A stretch of DNA of 64,000 nucleotides, taken from contig CM097882.1 of assembly GCA_044892505.1 (NCBI GenBank), forward strand, positions 204,042,001-204,106,000. Reading direction: 5' to 3'. Both the position numbers and the translations under genes were made by a program. Of this stretch, positions 22,631 to 36,370 are shown piece by piece. The stretch comes from Schmidtea nova (taxonomy: Eukaryota). The notes below the pieces were generated by a model, which saw only the letters and a list, made by a program, of their open reading frames with translations, was not told the origin of the DNA and ran no database searches. Within the stretch, counting starts at the first letter, position 1. Each line of letters begins with the position of its first letter.

Positions 22631-25600
22631 CCTTTGGAAATTCAAATTTAAAATTTAAATTTGAAATGAGTCATCGATGACGTCATAAAATTCAAATTTG
22701 AAATGAGTCATCGATGAGTCATAAAAATGATGAGTCATCGATGAGTCATAATTTTTTCTACCCCCCTCCCCTCGGGGGAGGGGAGGGGGGTGTCTTTGTT
22801 CTTTTTTTCCGCCCACGCAATGAGTCATAATGTCTTTGTTCCCGGCTCCACACATCTACCTACTGTGGTATATTAAAATTTGTTAGTCGGGAAACATTAG
22901 AAGAAATATTGGCAAAATGTTCTGCAAAAAGCGGTTTTAGTATAAAAGGCATAGTATCATCTGAAGCCATATAAGGGTTTATACAGAGTCGCGGTTACAC
23001 CATGCCGAAAAGCGAAACAACAGTAATAAAATACGTAATGAAGTTTTACGAAGACAAGAAAGCCGAAATGAAAGTTGCGTTATCGCTCCAAATTAAATCT
23101 GGAAACAGGTTTAGTATAACTGTAGACGAATGGAGTGACATTAACATGAGAAGGTATATAAATGTTACACTCCACTCATCAGTTAGAGCATATGTTCTTG
23201 GACTTGTTCCTATTATAGGGTCTTGTGATTCTGACGCCACTATTTCGTTAGTTACACAAAAACTCAAAGAATTCGGTATCAATTTAGATTCTGATATTGT
23301 AGCTTCAACTAATGACGGAGCTGCAGTAATGGTGAAATATGGCAGGAATATTGCAGCTGCATGTCAGTTATGCATAAACCATGGAATTCATCTTGGTGTC
23401 ATTGATGTATTTTATAAGAAAAATATGAATATAATAGAGGTGGAGACAAATGATGAAGATGAAGACGCAGAATATGAAGATGATGATGATGGTATAGATT
23501 ATAATGACATAGCTGACAATAACAAATTTGATGTAGATGGAAATTTAAATTTTGAAGTAGAAAATCTAAATGAATTGCCGCAAATACGTGCAGACATTGG
23601 AATAGTTCTTGGTGAGACAAGAAAAATTATAAAGTTTTTCAAAAGATCATGTGTTCGAAGCTGTATTCTTCAAAAACATGTTTTAGAACAGGAAGGTACA
23701 AAATTACGACTACTTCTTGATTGCAGAACTCGATGGAATTCTATTATTCCTATGGTAAATCGTTTCTTAAAATTAATTAATTGCATTAACTTCGCTTTAG
23801 AAGAGCTAGGAAAAGAAAAGTTTCGAGAGGAAAACATTATTATTTTGAAGGGGATATCTGAAGTTTTACAGCCTGTAGAGCTAGCTGTTAATGAGTTGAG
23901 CAAAGAAGACAGCAATTTACTTAAAGCAGAAGGAGTTTGTATATTTCTTTTGAACAAGCTACAAGATGCAAATAAAGATATTGCCACTGAATTAAAAATT
24001 GCTTTGAAAAGGCGATTTGATGAAAGAAGGCAAAAGGATTTAATATCATTAATGTTATTTTTACAAACTGGTACCTATCCACAATCTAATGAACATTTTT
24101 CATATTCATCAAAAAATATAATAAAATCATCGGCTAAAGAATATTTTAAACGATTATTTAATTGTGGCCATGAAGGCGAAAATAGTCAGGAAGAAGATGA
24201 TGATTCAGATTCGCAATCGGATATGACTATGGAACATTCTGCGTATGATGAACTGCAAAAACAATTATGAGTGTTATGAAGGTTCCCAAAGTTAGTTACT
24301 CAAAATTATTATTATTGGAGCGAGAGCTAAAACTATTTAATTGTGATCAATGTAAACGAGGCGAGCATATGGAAAAATTATACCAAGCATTGCTTACAAT
24401 CCCACCAACTTCAACTGCCAGTGAGCGGGTGTTTTCAGTAGCATCAAATTTTATTACAAAACTACGTTCTCAAATGAAAACGAATACTTTAAATGGTCTT
24501 GTATTCCTTAAATACTATTTTTATCTAATAAATAAAACCATTAAATTATATCCGAAATTTTGAATTACATTTTTCATATTTAGTTATTTTTTATATTTCT
24601 TTTCATTAAATACAATATATTTCAGAACTAACCAAATAAAACCATTTAATTAAATACAAATTTTTGAGTTTTGTTTTTTCATTCATTTTTACCCGAAAAC
24701 CCGAGTTACTCGGGTTGTGTAAGTATAAATTACTCGAATACTCGAGTAATCTAAAATCCGAGTAATCTGGATTCTCTACTATGAAAGAATTCGCAAAGTC
24801 GATCGAAAAATGAAAAGTATAAAAACGTGTAAATGACCACTCAAAGAGCAGTAAAAATGTTATATTGAATAATGCTTACAGATTATACTCTATAATAGTT
24901 CGTTGAATTTTACTCTAAATCGTGAACATCATTGATAAAAATTTCTAAGAATTGCATATAGAATTTTGAATATTAAAGATTGCAAAAGAGCCGGCTTGAA
25001 ATTTTATATATGCCTTATTTTTAGAAACCCATATATGGAAATTAATATATGTAAAAATTTATAAATTATTTTTGAAGATAATTTAATTTTTTAGATTGTA
25101 TTATTTAGATTGCGAAATTTGCGAATAAAAATTTTATTATTGTATAATTTTTATAGAATTTTCAGATTTGGTTATAAAAATAAAATTTACTTATTGATAC
25201 TATATTATGTCGAAATTATAATATAAAAATTATAAATCAAAAATTATATTGGAATATATAAAAATTACAAATCAAAAATTTTATTACTATATTGGAATGC
25301 AAAAACTATAAATTATAAATTTTATTATAATATAAATTTATAAAATTCTAAATTTGAAATTTGGTAGGAAAATTATCAAATACTATTGTTATTATTTTAA
25401 TTCTATAATTATTTTATATATAAATATATATATTATTTTATAAATACCCCCTCACGATATCACAAAGATAGTTTCCAAACAATACATCCATACCATTCAA
25501 AAACACCATCATACATAATACCATATAAAATTTAGTTAACTGCCAACACACATACCACATCATTTCAGTCATTAACATTCACTAGCATCACACATACAGA

Positions 25601-26933
25601 ATATTCACAGAATATATCCATTCAATAACATCTGTCTGCATCATACATCCATAATTTACACGATCATTCACATACATAATTAAATTACATATTTCACTTA
25701 ATATTTTATCCAACATATAATCACATGCAATAATCACAATGAAAATCCATAAAAAATCCATAAAACTATGTAAACAATCACAACATCTACATCACCAATT
25801 CATAGCACAGCATAACATCCCATGTAAAAATTTCATTGTACATTACAACATCCCCATTCAAAGGCTCATCCAATCAGTATAATCAACAATCAGCATCCAC
25901 ATCAAATGCTATACACTAAACTTCAATCAACCTTAACTCCATACGAATTATTTTTTTACTCAATAACACCGTTTGTATTCAGTTACCATATTGAAGAAAA
26001 TAATTACTAAAACTATAGATAAACTTCACTACTCAAAAATTCGATATACCACTCAATAGAACCCCTCTCAAATCGAATATATGTATACATGTGATGTGGG
26101 TGTATAGGCATATACGTATCTCATTTATTTTGCATAACATACCACTCCTCTTTCGTAAAATATACATTTTTCATGTGAAACCCCATAGTCAAAAGTATGA
26201 AGATCTTATAACCATTAATAAAACCAGTAAGACACCGCTTTTTAGACACCGGGAAAGGTTAAAGAAAGTTATTAAATATTCCAACCCAATTAATAAAGTG
26301 CCTTATGCATATCCTAGTATAGGTCATTAACACTCTGAATAAATAAAAAGGCATACAATAAGATGAAAAAAATATTTTAAAAAAAATCAAATCAATTCGT
26401 AAATTCTTTTTTTCGAAATGTATTAAAAAGTCAAATTAATCACAACTTGTTCATAAAATAGTTTTTTTTTTTTTCAAATAAATTACATAACGTTTTTAAC
26501 CGAAGCCAACCCAGGGACTGACTCACTGACACCACGAGTGACTCCATAGGTCCGCGAAGGCAGAGAATTTGCATCCGACTGGGGGATGTTGGTTTGGTTG
26601 TGCAGGAAATCGGGAATTTCCTTTAGACCGCTTTGGTTTTTAAAATCCTTATTACATGCTTCGAATTACATAGTGTAGAGGGAGATTATTTGAAAAGAGG
26701 CTTGACAAAAATCAAAGGTCTAAAATCAATTATGATAACCTAGAAATCGAAGTTACGTTGCCACAAAATACAATCCCGTCCATGAATCTTGACTGGCAGG
26801 GAGGAAATTGAACTCATCCCTAAATTAAGAATGATAAAACTATCAGGAAAATAAAATTACAAAATACTTGTATGTTAGGAAAATTTCCGAAAATTTGATT
26901 TGAATTCCCGCTAAAATTATAATTGATAAATGA

Positions 26934-27356
26934 TTATAACAAAAAGATTATTTTTTTAAATTTACCTAATAAGATTTTTCTTACTTGTTTTCTTGGTGTT
27001 GTACCCACGAGACTACGACCATACTTCTGTCGGGTTGAGCAACTTATTCCAAACTCATCCAGAAAAATGACATTATCATCATTTAGTTCCAATGTAATCG
27101 ATACATCTTCGTCTATTTTAGAAAGTATAAATACCTTTGCATCTTCGGTTATAATGCTTTCAACTGGCATTCTTGTTGCAATTCTCGCGATTCTACCTGT
27201 GTTCTTGAAGACTCCGATAATTGAAGCTACCGTTTTCGAGTTTAACTCAAGTTCTGCGGCTATTTGTCCAGGATTTTTATTATCCACATACTTTCGGATT
27301 ATTAAGGCACGCTCATTGTCTGTAATTCTACGTGATTGAGTTTCTCTTGCTGGCAT
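26934..27356 (-). pseudogene. IS630/Tc1-like transposase fragment with internal deletion
   Basis: N-terminal HTH (ERALIIRKYVDNKNPGQIAAELELNSKTVASII) joined to VIFLDEFGISCSTRQKYGRS (first catalytic D). Confidence 0.7.
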
Positions 27357-28047
27357 AATTATTATAGAAATAAAATATTAAAAGGATTAAATTGGATTTA
27401 AAAAAGATTAAATTTCATTTAAAAGAGATTAAATTGCATTAGAAACTTGTATTGGATTTACACATAAAAATTTTATTGTAGAGATCCTAATTGATTATTT
27501 TCATTTATTCGATTAAATAATCTAAATCTTTAGAAATTTTGATTTTTTTACAATGGTTGCCGTTGCCAAGGCCTTGGTGATAATTTAAGATTTTAATGTA
27601 AAATTTTGATAAAAATTAAATATAAGTCGTAAAGCAAGATAGACAATACGATTAGGGTATAAATAAAATTTTACTTGAATTTTGAATATTATAAACATAA
27701 TAATTTAGAAATTTACGAAAATAATAACCGTTTAGATAAAAATAATGACTATTGTATATCCCGGATATATGTCTTTTAAAGGAATATTTGATCCCCGAAT
27801 TGAGATTGTGATAATATATTTGACTATGATCTTGTGAATGAGATAGATGCGCGGATTGCTTGTGTTCTTGGATAGAGTAATGTATAATGATTGATGGAAA
27901 TAATCGATTTTATTGCACTTCAGATGTTGATCGGAAAAATCAAGACTTTGGTGACAGTAGGGTACGAAAACATCTTGAAAAACCCAAAGAACTTTAATAC
28001 TCTTTGTATGAATGATTCTATTGATTTTATTCCATCTATTATTGTGT

Positions 28048-28080
<33 letters not shown>

Positions 28081-28231
28081 TAAATGGGTCATTGTGTGAA
28101 TTGTTGATGTTTTGATGTTGAAAAATATTTTTTTTTCGACGTTGGAGTAATAAATTTATATTGACGTAGATTATTTATTCTAAAATTCCGATTAAAATTT
28201 TATTGAACGTTCTAAATAGATTATTAAAGAA

Positions 28232-28464
28232 GGGACAAAAATGGGCATTAAACCTTCTATCGGTAGCCCTTGGACCCAGGAGATATTCGGTCAATCATAG
28301 TTTTGAGTTTTCGACGCTCACTGATTGTGAATACCAACCCATTTGTTGCATTACCAACGTTACATTGTGACGGACAACAAGATTGTTAATCTAATGTTTT
28401 GTATGTTGAGTTATTGATGGGAGCCATAGTAACGTCAAGGTCATATTGACGATACAACCCACCA
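28232..28464. repeat. Conserved ~230-bp end cassette, copy 1
   Basis: gggacaaaa(a)tgggcattaaaccttctatcggtagcccttggacccaggagatattcggtc...cgtcaaggtcatattgacg..caacccacca. Confidence 0.9.
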
Positions 28465-30537
28465 AAATCATAGACTGGCAACGGAGACGAGAGTAAAAAA
28501 AGGGTCGAGAAGTTTTCGGAAAATGAATTATGTATATGGAGCTTATAATAATGCATTAATAAAGACTTCATATGTCTACTTCATTTCCCGCTGTTAAACA
28601 GTTTATATAAATGTATGTTTAGTGCATTATATGTATAATCTTATTTCAATATAATTAAAATATAAAATTGTTTGTTTTTTATTAGCGAGCCGGTTGTTAA
28701 GTCTTTGGCAACACACCCCTGGCCTTAAGTATATATACTAATGTTATTAATGATAATTGCGTTCTATGGCAATTGTGGATAATGTATATTATAGTAATCT
28801 TAGTATGTTAGTCGTTGTAGAAAGTTGTAGAGCCCAGCCGGGTCACCAGTAAAAATCTGTCTTGGGACAGCTGGGTGCGTGTTATGTATTTGTGTGCCTG
28901 TGTGCGTGCGTATGTAAGTGAATGTATTAACAGATAACAAATAACAAATTTTTAATAAATAAGTTTATTAACGGTATTGTAATAAACGCAATAAAATGTA
29001 CAAACGGTTACTCACGTAGTAACCGGATAATGTCGAATATCAAAAAAGATCTGTATTGTTTCTGTTTTAAAACTTTCGTTTTCTTCTTCGTAATTTTCTT
29101 TTAAAATTCTAAAGAATCTTATTTTTCAATTGATATTAGTCATATTTTCCTTGGTAATTTCAATAGTTCTTGTTTCTTTCGTATTTTCCTTTAGTCATAA
29201 TTCCCAGTTTAGTTGTTTCTTTGTTTTGTCCCTTTGTTTTTCTTTGATTTTTCTAATATCTTTTATATTTTATTTCCAGCCGTTTCTGTAATTATTTTTT
29301 TCTAATTGTCTTGATTTTTAGCCTTCTTAATAGCTTCTATAATTATTTCCTTAGTTGTTTTTCAATCGATTTTATTCAAATCGTCGACTGTAGCATTCTT
29401 TGGGGGGATTTGTTGTTGATTTCCAAATATTATTGCTTCCAAATAATTGAGTTTATTGTTGATTACCAAATTATTGCTAACTTTGACTTGTTTCTTTTTT
29501 TAATTTTCAAATCTTTATTATTTCTATAGTAAATTTTTTAATAATGTATCGATTTCTTCCTTTTGAATTTTTAAGTTTAATTTATAATTTATTATAATTT
29601 CTTTTGTTTGAATTTTTGAATATCATGGAAAAATAACACATAGGTGGGTTATCCGGTGTCCGCTAGGACGCCCGCCATAATAATGACAGTGTTAACAATA
29701 ATAATCATGATAATGACAATAAAAATAATAAAAATAACAACAATATTGATATAATCTTCACAATGGCCAATATCCTCATTAATATTAGAATTACAAATGC
29801 CTCAGTGTTTTAATATGCAGAGTTAAGCGTGGACATTTTGAAATTATGATAGAATTAAAAAATAATATTGGAAGAAGAGTTGAATTTAATTAAATCTAGT
29901 ATTTAGAACAAATTTAATTAAATTTTAAGATGGAATTAAATAATCCAAAATCTTACGAAAGTAATAGCCGCTTAGACTCAAAATTACTAATTAAATACCC
30001 CCGAAAATACATAGTTTTCTTCGAGATTTAGATCCCCGAATTGAGTGGCGTTCCGTCTTTGATTAAAGAATTATGTGGTATGAATAGATGTATGAAAAAT
30101 CAAATTTGTTTTCCGTGGAAATCATTGTTTAACGACCACAATTATGGCAATATTCATTTTAGACGCAGTTGATCGATCAGATTAACATACGATCCGACTG
30201 AGGGCTTATTAAGTAAAACCACAAAATATTTATACAAAATCCAAAAACTTCGACACTTTTGTGACAAAATAATTTTAATAATTTTGTTGTTTTTGTTGAT
30301 ATGTTATGTCTATCTAAAATAAATCTCTGTATGAATTAGGCTTTGTTAATGTTTTGATGTTTTAAGGTGATCCATTTTAATGTAGAAATAAATTTTTATT
30401 GATGTGATTATTTATTTTAAATTGCTGATTAAAGATCTTATTAAATGTTTATGGATTAATTGTTAAATTTGAGACTCAAATGAGCATTTAACCTTCTATC
30501 GATAGCCCTTCTATCGATAGACCACATAATTTGAGTA

Positions 30538-31320
30538 CAGGTAGGGCGTGATTGAACCGGCTCGCACCGGCTCGCGCGAGATAGTTGTTAAAATTTTGAA
30601 AAATCGCCGAGCCGGTTGTTAAATTATTTCGCAAAAATCGTTTTCACGGATTTTTGTGCCGTCCCTTCCCGATATGTGTCTGATAAATGTTAATGAAATT
30701 AATAAAAATTCAATTTTATTGCATTGTTAAAATTAATGCACACTTGATTGTTGACTTTATTTTTCGTAAGATATAAAATATTTTATTGTCATTTACTGAA
30801 AAATAATAAATTTATTTTAAAATAAAGTATGAATAATATAAAACTTTTAGTTCTGTGCGGCACTTTCGTTTGTTTATATGTTAGATCATTTTATGAAATA
30901 CAATGGAATAAAACGTGTTATAGTTTATAAAAAAACTGATAAATACTCGAACAATAGTTTGTGAGTTGGTGCTGTGACTCTATTTTATGAAAATTTTTAC
31001 AGACTAGGTAAGTGGCAAATAACAATATTGCATGTAAAGCTCGTCTATTATTCTTATAACCTATACTATTTTCGGGTGTCAGTAGTGCTGTGTCTAGCTC
31101 TAACGCCAAATTAAGCTTAGGGATTTATGCGTTTTTAGATTTGTCAATAAGGGCATTAATAAGGGTTTCATATGCCTACTTCATTTCCCGCTGTTATAGA
31201 GTTTATATAAATGTATGCTTAGTGCATTATATGTATAATCTTATTTCAATAATTAAAATATAAAATTGTTTGTTTTTTATTAGCGAGCCGGTTGTTAAGT
31301 CTTTGGAAACACACAGGCCT
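30538..31320. mobile_element. Non-autonomous hAT (Buster/Charlie-like) element; its 3' ~150 bp is also present at 28570-28720
   Basis: accggctcgcaccggctcgc / gcgagccggttgttaa subterminal motifs; minus ORF AILLFATYLVC resembles a hAT C-terminus; interrupts a partial cassette at 30478-30520; ends and TSD not resolved. Confidence 0.5.
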
Positions 31321-32489
31321 AATTTACATACGAAGGACCGCGTGAAAATTGAATTGAGAAGATCATTGTTAGTATATTAAATACAAAAAAATCATGATTG
31401 AAAAATAAAGTTGGTATTAAAATATAGAGAATAAATTTTTATAAATTATAGAAGAAATACACATTAAAATATCGTTAAAATAACAAAAATAGAAAAATTT
31501 GATTATTTAATAAATTCACGCGCGCAAAATGACGCCATATTAGACACAAAAATAATTTATTAAAATTAATAATAAATATCTGGAAAATAAATTTAACCGA
31601 AAACAAATAAATAATTCATTAATTAAAATAAATATTTCCATTTAATGAACAGAATACGTAGGTGTGACATAAAAATTGTATAAATAGGCCTTCGAAAATT
31701 CTTATTTTAAACAAGTTTAAACATTAAAAATAAAAACTATTACTTTTGACGACTCCGGTGGAACAAATTTTGACAAGAATGTTTTATTTTGTCTTACTAA
31801 TAATTAAGATGTTTTTCTGTATTGTGTGTAATAAATATTTGAAACATGATATGGGTTGAACTCTGACTCAATTGATTTTACTGATTTTAAACTGATTTAG
31901 AAAGAACTCTGTTGGCCCACCTGCCACCAGTTCCCCGTGCGTTGGAAAAACCAAACCATTTTCTTATTAAATTATATAGATCGGCTAGGGTAAAAGAGAA
32001 TCAAAGGGTGTTATTGGAATGGGAACCAGAATGAATAACTAGGTGTTATTTAAAAAATTTTAGGGATCAAATATGCATAGATGTAAAGTATCATAGAATG
32101 GCGTTATAGGAATTTACGAGTCTACATTTAAGAGGAACTTTAAAGTAAAACATAATTATGGGGCGTAAGACTTTCCATCGGCAGCAAGAATCCGAAAGAG
32201 AGAATGCAATGAGGAATAGTTTAAGCAACGAAACTCACATGTTCATTGGATTCTAGCTCCACTGTGAGCATTACCAATATAGATTACTCTGGAGTAACTA
32301 TGGGTACACGAGTGAGGGAGATTTACCATTTTCATGATGGTGTGTGGGTTACTAAACTAAAATTATTTTAAATAAAATTTTAAATGAAAATAAAATGGAA
32401 TTTGAATGAAACAGATAGATAGAAAATTGTGATCAAGCACAAAACTAGTGGCAAAGGAAGTTATGAAACTGATATGGCAAAGGAAATTA

Positions 32490-35400
32490 TTGTTGGGCAA
32501 AAACTGCAAATTGTTTTAATAAAGCAGTAACCCCATAAGTAGAGAGCGCGCAAGATTCAATTTTAACCCAATCACCCATTAGAAACTGAAGCGATTAAGT
32601 GAAAAACGTCAAAAGGTGAAGTGGACTCAAGCACATCAATCAGTAGAGAGCGCGCTAGCTGTGAATTTGCAAGTCCTTACACTGAAACCTCGAGAAAAAA
32701 TTAAAAGTCGTCAAGAGAAGAACGTTTGAAAGTTAGAATAGGCGGAAAACCCATTGAAAATATCCATAAAAAACGGAATTGTGTTATAAAACCTCAGTGC
32801 AGAAAAAGTTTAACAAAATTTTAGCCGAAAATTGTGATTTTATCACAAAATTTCACGTTTAACAATAAAAAGAACTAATATTGATCGAAATATCGTAAAT
32901 TAAATCAAATCGAACAAATTTCAATTCAAAAATAAAAATTTTGAAATAAAATAAATTATTTGTGTTTTATAAAAAATTATTACACAAAAATATGGATTTA
33001 ATTTTCGGAAAATCATTAGAATTAATTTAGAAAAATTAAAAAGAAAATTCTAGAACAAATTGTTTTACTACACTAGTGAAGGTGACGCAAAATCGATGGT
33101 ATATATACCACTATCAAAATGGCAATAATCAGAATTTGAAAGAATTTGTGAGAATTGGTGAAAATTCTTTTCGTAATTCAAAATTTTGCAGAATTTGAAA
33201 GAAGTTGAAAGAATTTGAATTTAAATTTTTAAAGAATTTGTGGAAAATTTGTAACCAGAGAAATATTACTTGATCCTGAAATATTATCCCTCATCGTGGA
33301 ACATTAATGTAAGGAGTTATTTTTATTTTTTTTGGGGATGAGATCATCAGTCGTCATGCCCGTTGATCATCTCATGCCCAGTATTTTGTTTATCTTTATA
33401 TTTATTTATTTATTATTGATTTAGTTTATTTATATGAAATATCAATTTTTTAGATTGAATTAATTATTCCATTGAATTATTACTTATTGAAATTTATATG
33501 AAAATGTTAATTTTATATGTTTTTATCAAGATACTGTCACAAATACCCATATTAGATTAATATTTATTTCAAATTATTGGCTGTAGAAAGATAAGAATAA
33601 CTAATTTATTTTCTTTTTTGTGCTTCCATACCCCCTGAAACCTGTTTCTGGCCTTGCGCCGAGCGGGTGGAAGTAGTCTGAGCGGATCGCTGGTTCGATT
33701 CGTAATCGATCAGCCCATATTTCCGAGTCCAGGTGAATAGCCCAAACATCCATGTTCACCTCATCCCAACTGGGGAACAGTGGCTTGGCCAAGGGCAAGT
33801 TGTTATACTAATGATATTTGATTTATAATAATGTAGTTTATCCGAATTTATAATTCTGACATATTCATAATAAAAAATTAATACTACATATAAAGGTAAA
33901 GATGATTTCCTCCAGTAATGTCTTTTCCATTATGAAAAATAATTTGTGCAAGAATATTTTACTCGTCGTTCGCCTTCACTCTCACAACAACTGTCATCTT
34001 ATCCGAAAATGCAAGGAAAATGAAAGCTAATATTGAAAAGAGAATCGTTTGAAATAATGCTCAAAGCTGGTATAATGATCACGAAATGAAACGAATTATG
34101 AAGACAAGTATTGACTGATCTGAATTAAACCTCATTCATTATCTAAATAATTTTCTCTAGTGAACCTTGTTTTTGGGAGCCTGAAGTTCCTAAGTGAAGT
34201 GTCTCGAAAAATTCGCGCGCACTTTGGTTAGGAAATTCATGCTCGAACGAAACCGAAGTTCACTTTACTTGATGTTAAAAAATATTCTTTGAAGAATTTA
34301 TAATTTATTTTACTCTCAATTTTATTTAGTATACAAAGATTTTTAGATTGAATTCTTATTTGGATTTCGAAAATTGTGGATAAAAAATTTATTATTGTGT
34401 CGATTTCGTTTTTGATCATAAAAAATAAAAATTTACTTTTTATTATATTGCAAAAAATTTTATAATGAAAAATTGTAAACCAAAAAAAATTTTTTTTCTA
34501 AGAATTTATAAATCAAAACTTATATTGAAACCCATAAAAATTATAAATCGAAAATATTATTATTATATTAAAAATTTTATCATTTTGTAAAATCCAAAAT
34601 TCCGAAATTTCATAGAAAAAAATTTTACTATTAATATATATATACTTAAAATATAAAAATTCGAACCTAAAGATATATATTGTAAAAATCAGAAATTTTA
34701 TTATTGTCTAAATCTTAAGAATTTATAAATTTAAAATTTGTATAAAATTATTACTATTATTTTAATTTGGAAAATATTTTATATATATTATATATTATTT
34801 TTATTGAAACCCCCACGATATCTCAAAATCATAATGCATCCCTATTTGCAAAAACTTACATCCATTTCATTCAAAAGTAACACCCATACTTAATACAATA
34901 CAAAATACATTCAGTTACCAATACACACACTACCACATTTCAATCAATAGGATCTTCTATATTAAACAATACAATAAACAATACATCCACTCAACAACAT
35001 ACACAACGCGATTTCGGCCAACAACCTTCACTAGCGTCATACATCCAGACAATCCCCACAAGTATTCATATAACCCCATCCATTGTTTATAGCCAATTAC
35101 CGCAGTATCATTCCCAACATACAAACACACGCAATCCCATAAAATCATAACAATAGGGCATTTATTTCAAACGTACTATAAAACATATATACACACATCT
35201 CCGAACTTCTCTAAATCACCAAACCAAAAAACGCACAACATCATCCATACCCAAATAATGCATACAAGCTGTATTCATCTTTTTACCATCCAAACTTTAT
35301 AATCTCATTCCTTAACATTACATTTCTCCTCAGACATTGTAGCTCATCCACCAAATCCCATCGGAAAAATAATACTTTTAAACTTAAGAATTGTAGAAAA

Positions 35401-36370
35401 TAAAAATTAAAGACCAAAAGATTTTTTTATCATTATAAATATACAAAATCCAAACTCAAAAGAAAAGGAAATCAGTCCAAATTTATTATTACCCAACTGT
35501 CTACAATAATGAAATATCCTAAAACGATTTAGGGTTGTTTTGAGTTGATTGGATATTCTCGGTTTGATGGAAAGATTGTACTCCAGAATGAGTGATCGTC
35601 TCCAAATAAGAAACCAAAAGGGACGCTGGATGTGGACAATGAATAATTCCAACGATTTGGAGAATAATTGTAAAAGAGACGATTTTTGATTTTTTATTTC
35701 CAAGCGAGAATTTGATGTTTGGTGAAGATTTTCGTTTAAAGTGGGAAATCCAAGGAGATTTTAATAGAATTAAGTGTTTTGAGTTCCTCGAGGCGATCCC
35801 GATATGCATCCTGAATAATTAAAATATGAAATTAAACTGTTTAGAATTAATTAAAAGATTACCAAAAGGAAAATCATTATGAAGGGAAAAAACAAAATTT
35901 CTAAAATTAAATTCACCAAATCAATAAATTGCTATAGCAATTAACCAATAATAGTGGTTTAATTTTTTAATACGTTTATATAGTTTATTTTAAGAATTAA
36001 AATTTATCGTTTTGAGGGTTAAGGGAGCGGGAAAAGACCAAATTTTGTAGTTTAAAATTAATTACCCTATCTCCTCGCTTTTATCTATAGTAAGATTTTA
36101 AGGTTTTAAAACCCAAGTTTTCCTTTTTAGCAATAGCTGTAACCGTTGCCGTTGTCAAGGCCGCGGCAAGAATTCAAAAGCTATGATGTTAAATTTTTAA
36201 TTAAAAATTAAAATCCAAAATATAAAGCAAGATAGACATTAGGTATAGGGGATAAAGAGAGTTGAATTAAATTTATTAACGTAAAAATATACAAATTTTA
36301 AAAGTCTCGAAAATAATAAAGTTTAGTTAAAATCAATAGAAAACAAACACCTCGAATATATGTGTTGATA
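32490..36370. repeat. ~3.9-kb tandem unit A of the modular repeat
   Basis: 32490-35200 aligns by eye with 36378-39200 (period ~3.9 kb). Confidence 0.85.

Larger units (their letters stand above)
6622..22864. mobile_element. Giant palindromic non-autonomous element with Polinton/Maverick-type termini
   Basis: Ends AGTAGGTAGATGTGTGGAGCC / GGCTCCACACATCTACCTACT; exact 6-bp TSD GTGGTA (6616-6621, 22865-22870); arms 6622-14549 and 15083-22864 are reverse complements; spacer ~530 bp; no pPolB, integrase, ATPase or capsid ORF seen. Confidence 0.85.
15083..22864 (-). repeat. Right inverted arm (~7.8 kb)
   Basis: Reverse complement of the left arm, with point differences and a different minisatellite variant order. 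Confidence 0.92.
6405..24563 (+). pseudogene. hAT transposase (BED finger + DDE + dimerisation domain), split: 6405-6621 joins 22871-24270, then frameshift to 24563
   Basis: BED finger VWDHF..C..C..NTTGMINHL.IH; after removing the insert and one TSD it reads in frame DSSG/ILKFVSRETLEEILAK; one TAA at 22972; TVDEWS, TNDGA, LDCRTRWNS, PPTSTASERVFS motifs. Confidence 0.93.
5846..24778 (+). mobile_element. hAT DNA transposon (~2.7 kb net) interrupted by the 16.2-kb palindromic element
   Basis: TIRs TAGAGATTCCA / TGGATTCTCTA (1 mismatch in 11); exact 8-bp TSD CTATGAAA at 5838-5845 and 24779-24786; subterminal (T)ACTCG(A) repeats at both ends. Confidence 0.95.
24787..28464. repeat. Unclassified ~4-kb modular repeat, copy 1; 5' part continues left of the hAT at ~5190-5845
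   Basis: Shares ccccacgatatc + CA-rich block, gttgccgttg(c/t)caag(g/a)cc, gcaagatagac, gatccccgaattgag and the 230-bp end cassette with later copies. Confidence 0.65.

Noticed and set aside
6622-22864. Palindrome as a pure fold-back read or assembly artefact
   Set aside because: The exact 6-bp TSD, in-frame hAT rejoin on both flanks, arm substitutions and different minisatellite order argue it is real. Caveat kept: N-gaps are mirrored around the same 129-bp island (9694-9822 versus 19690-19818), so parts of the arms may come from collapsed contigs.
33650-33710. tRNA or tRNA-derived SINE head (ggttcgattc B-box-like)
   Set aside because: No cloverleaf, A/B spacing unconvincing, and the motif is absent in the diverged copy at 5432-5609
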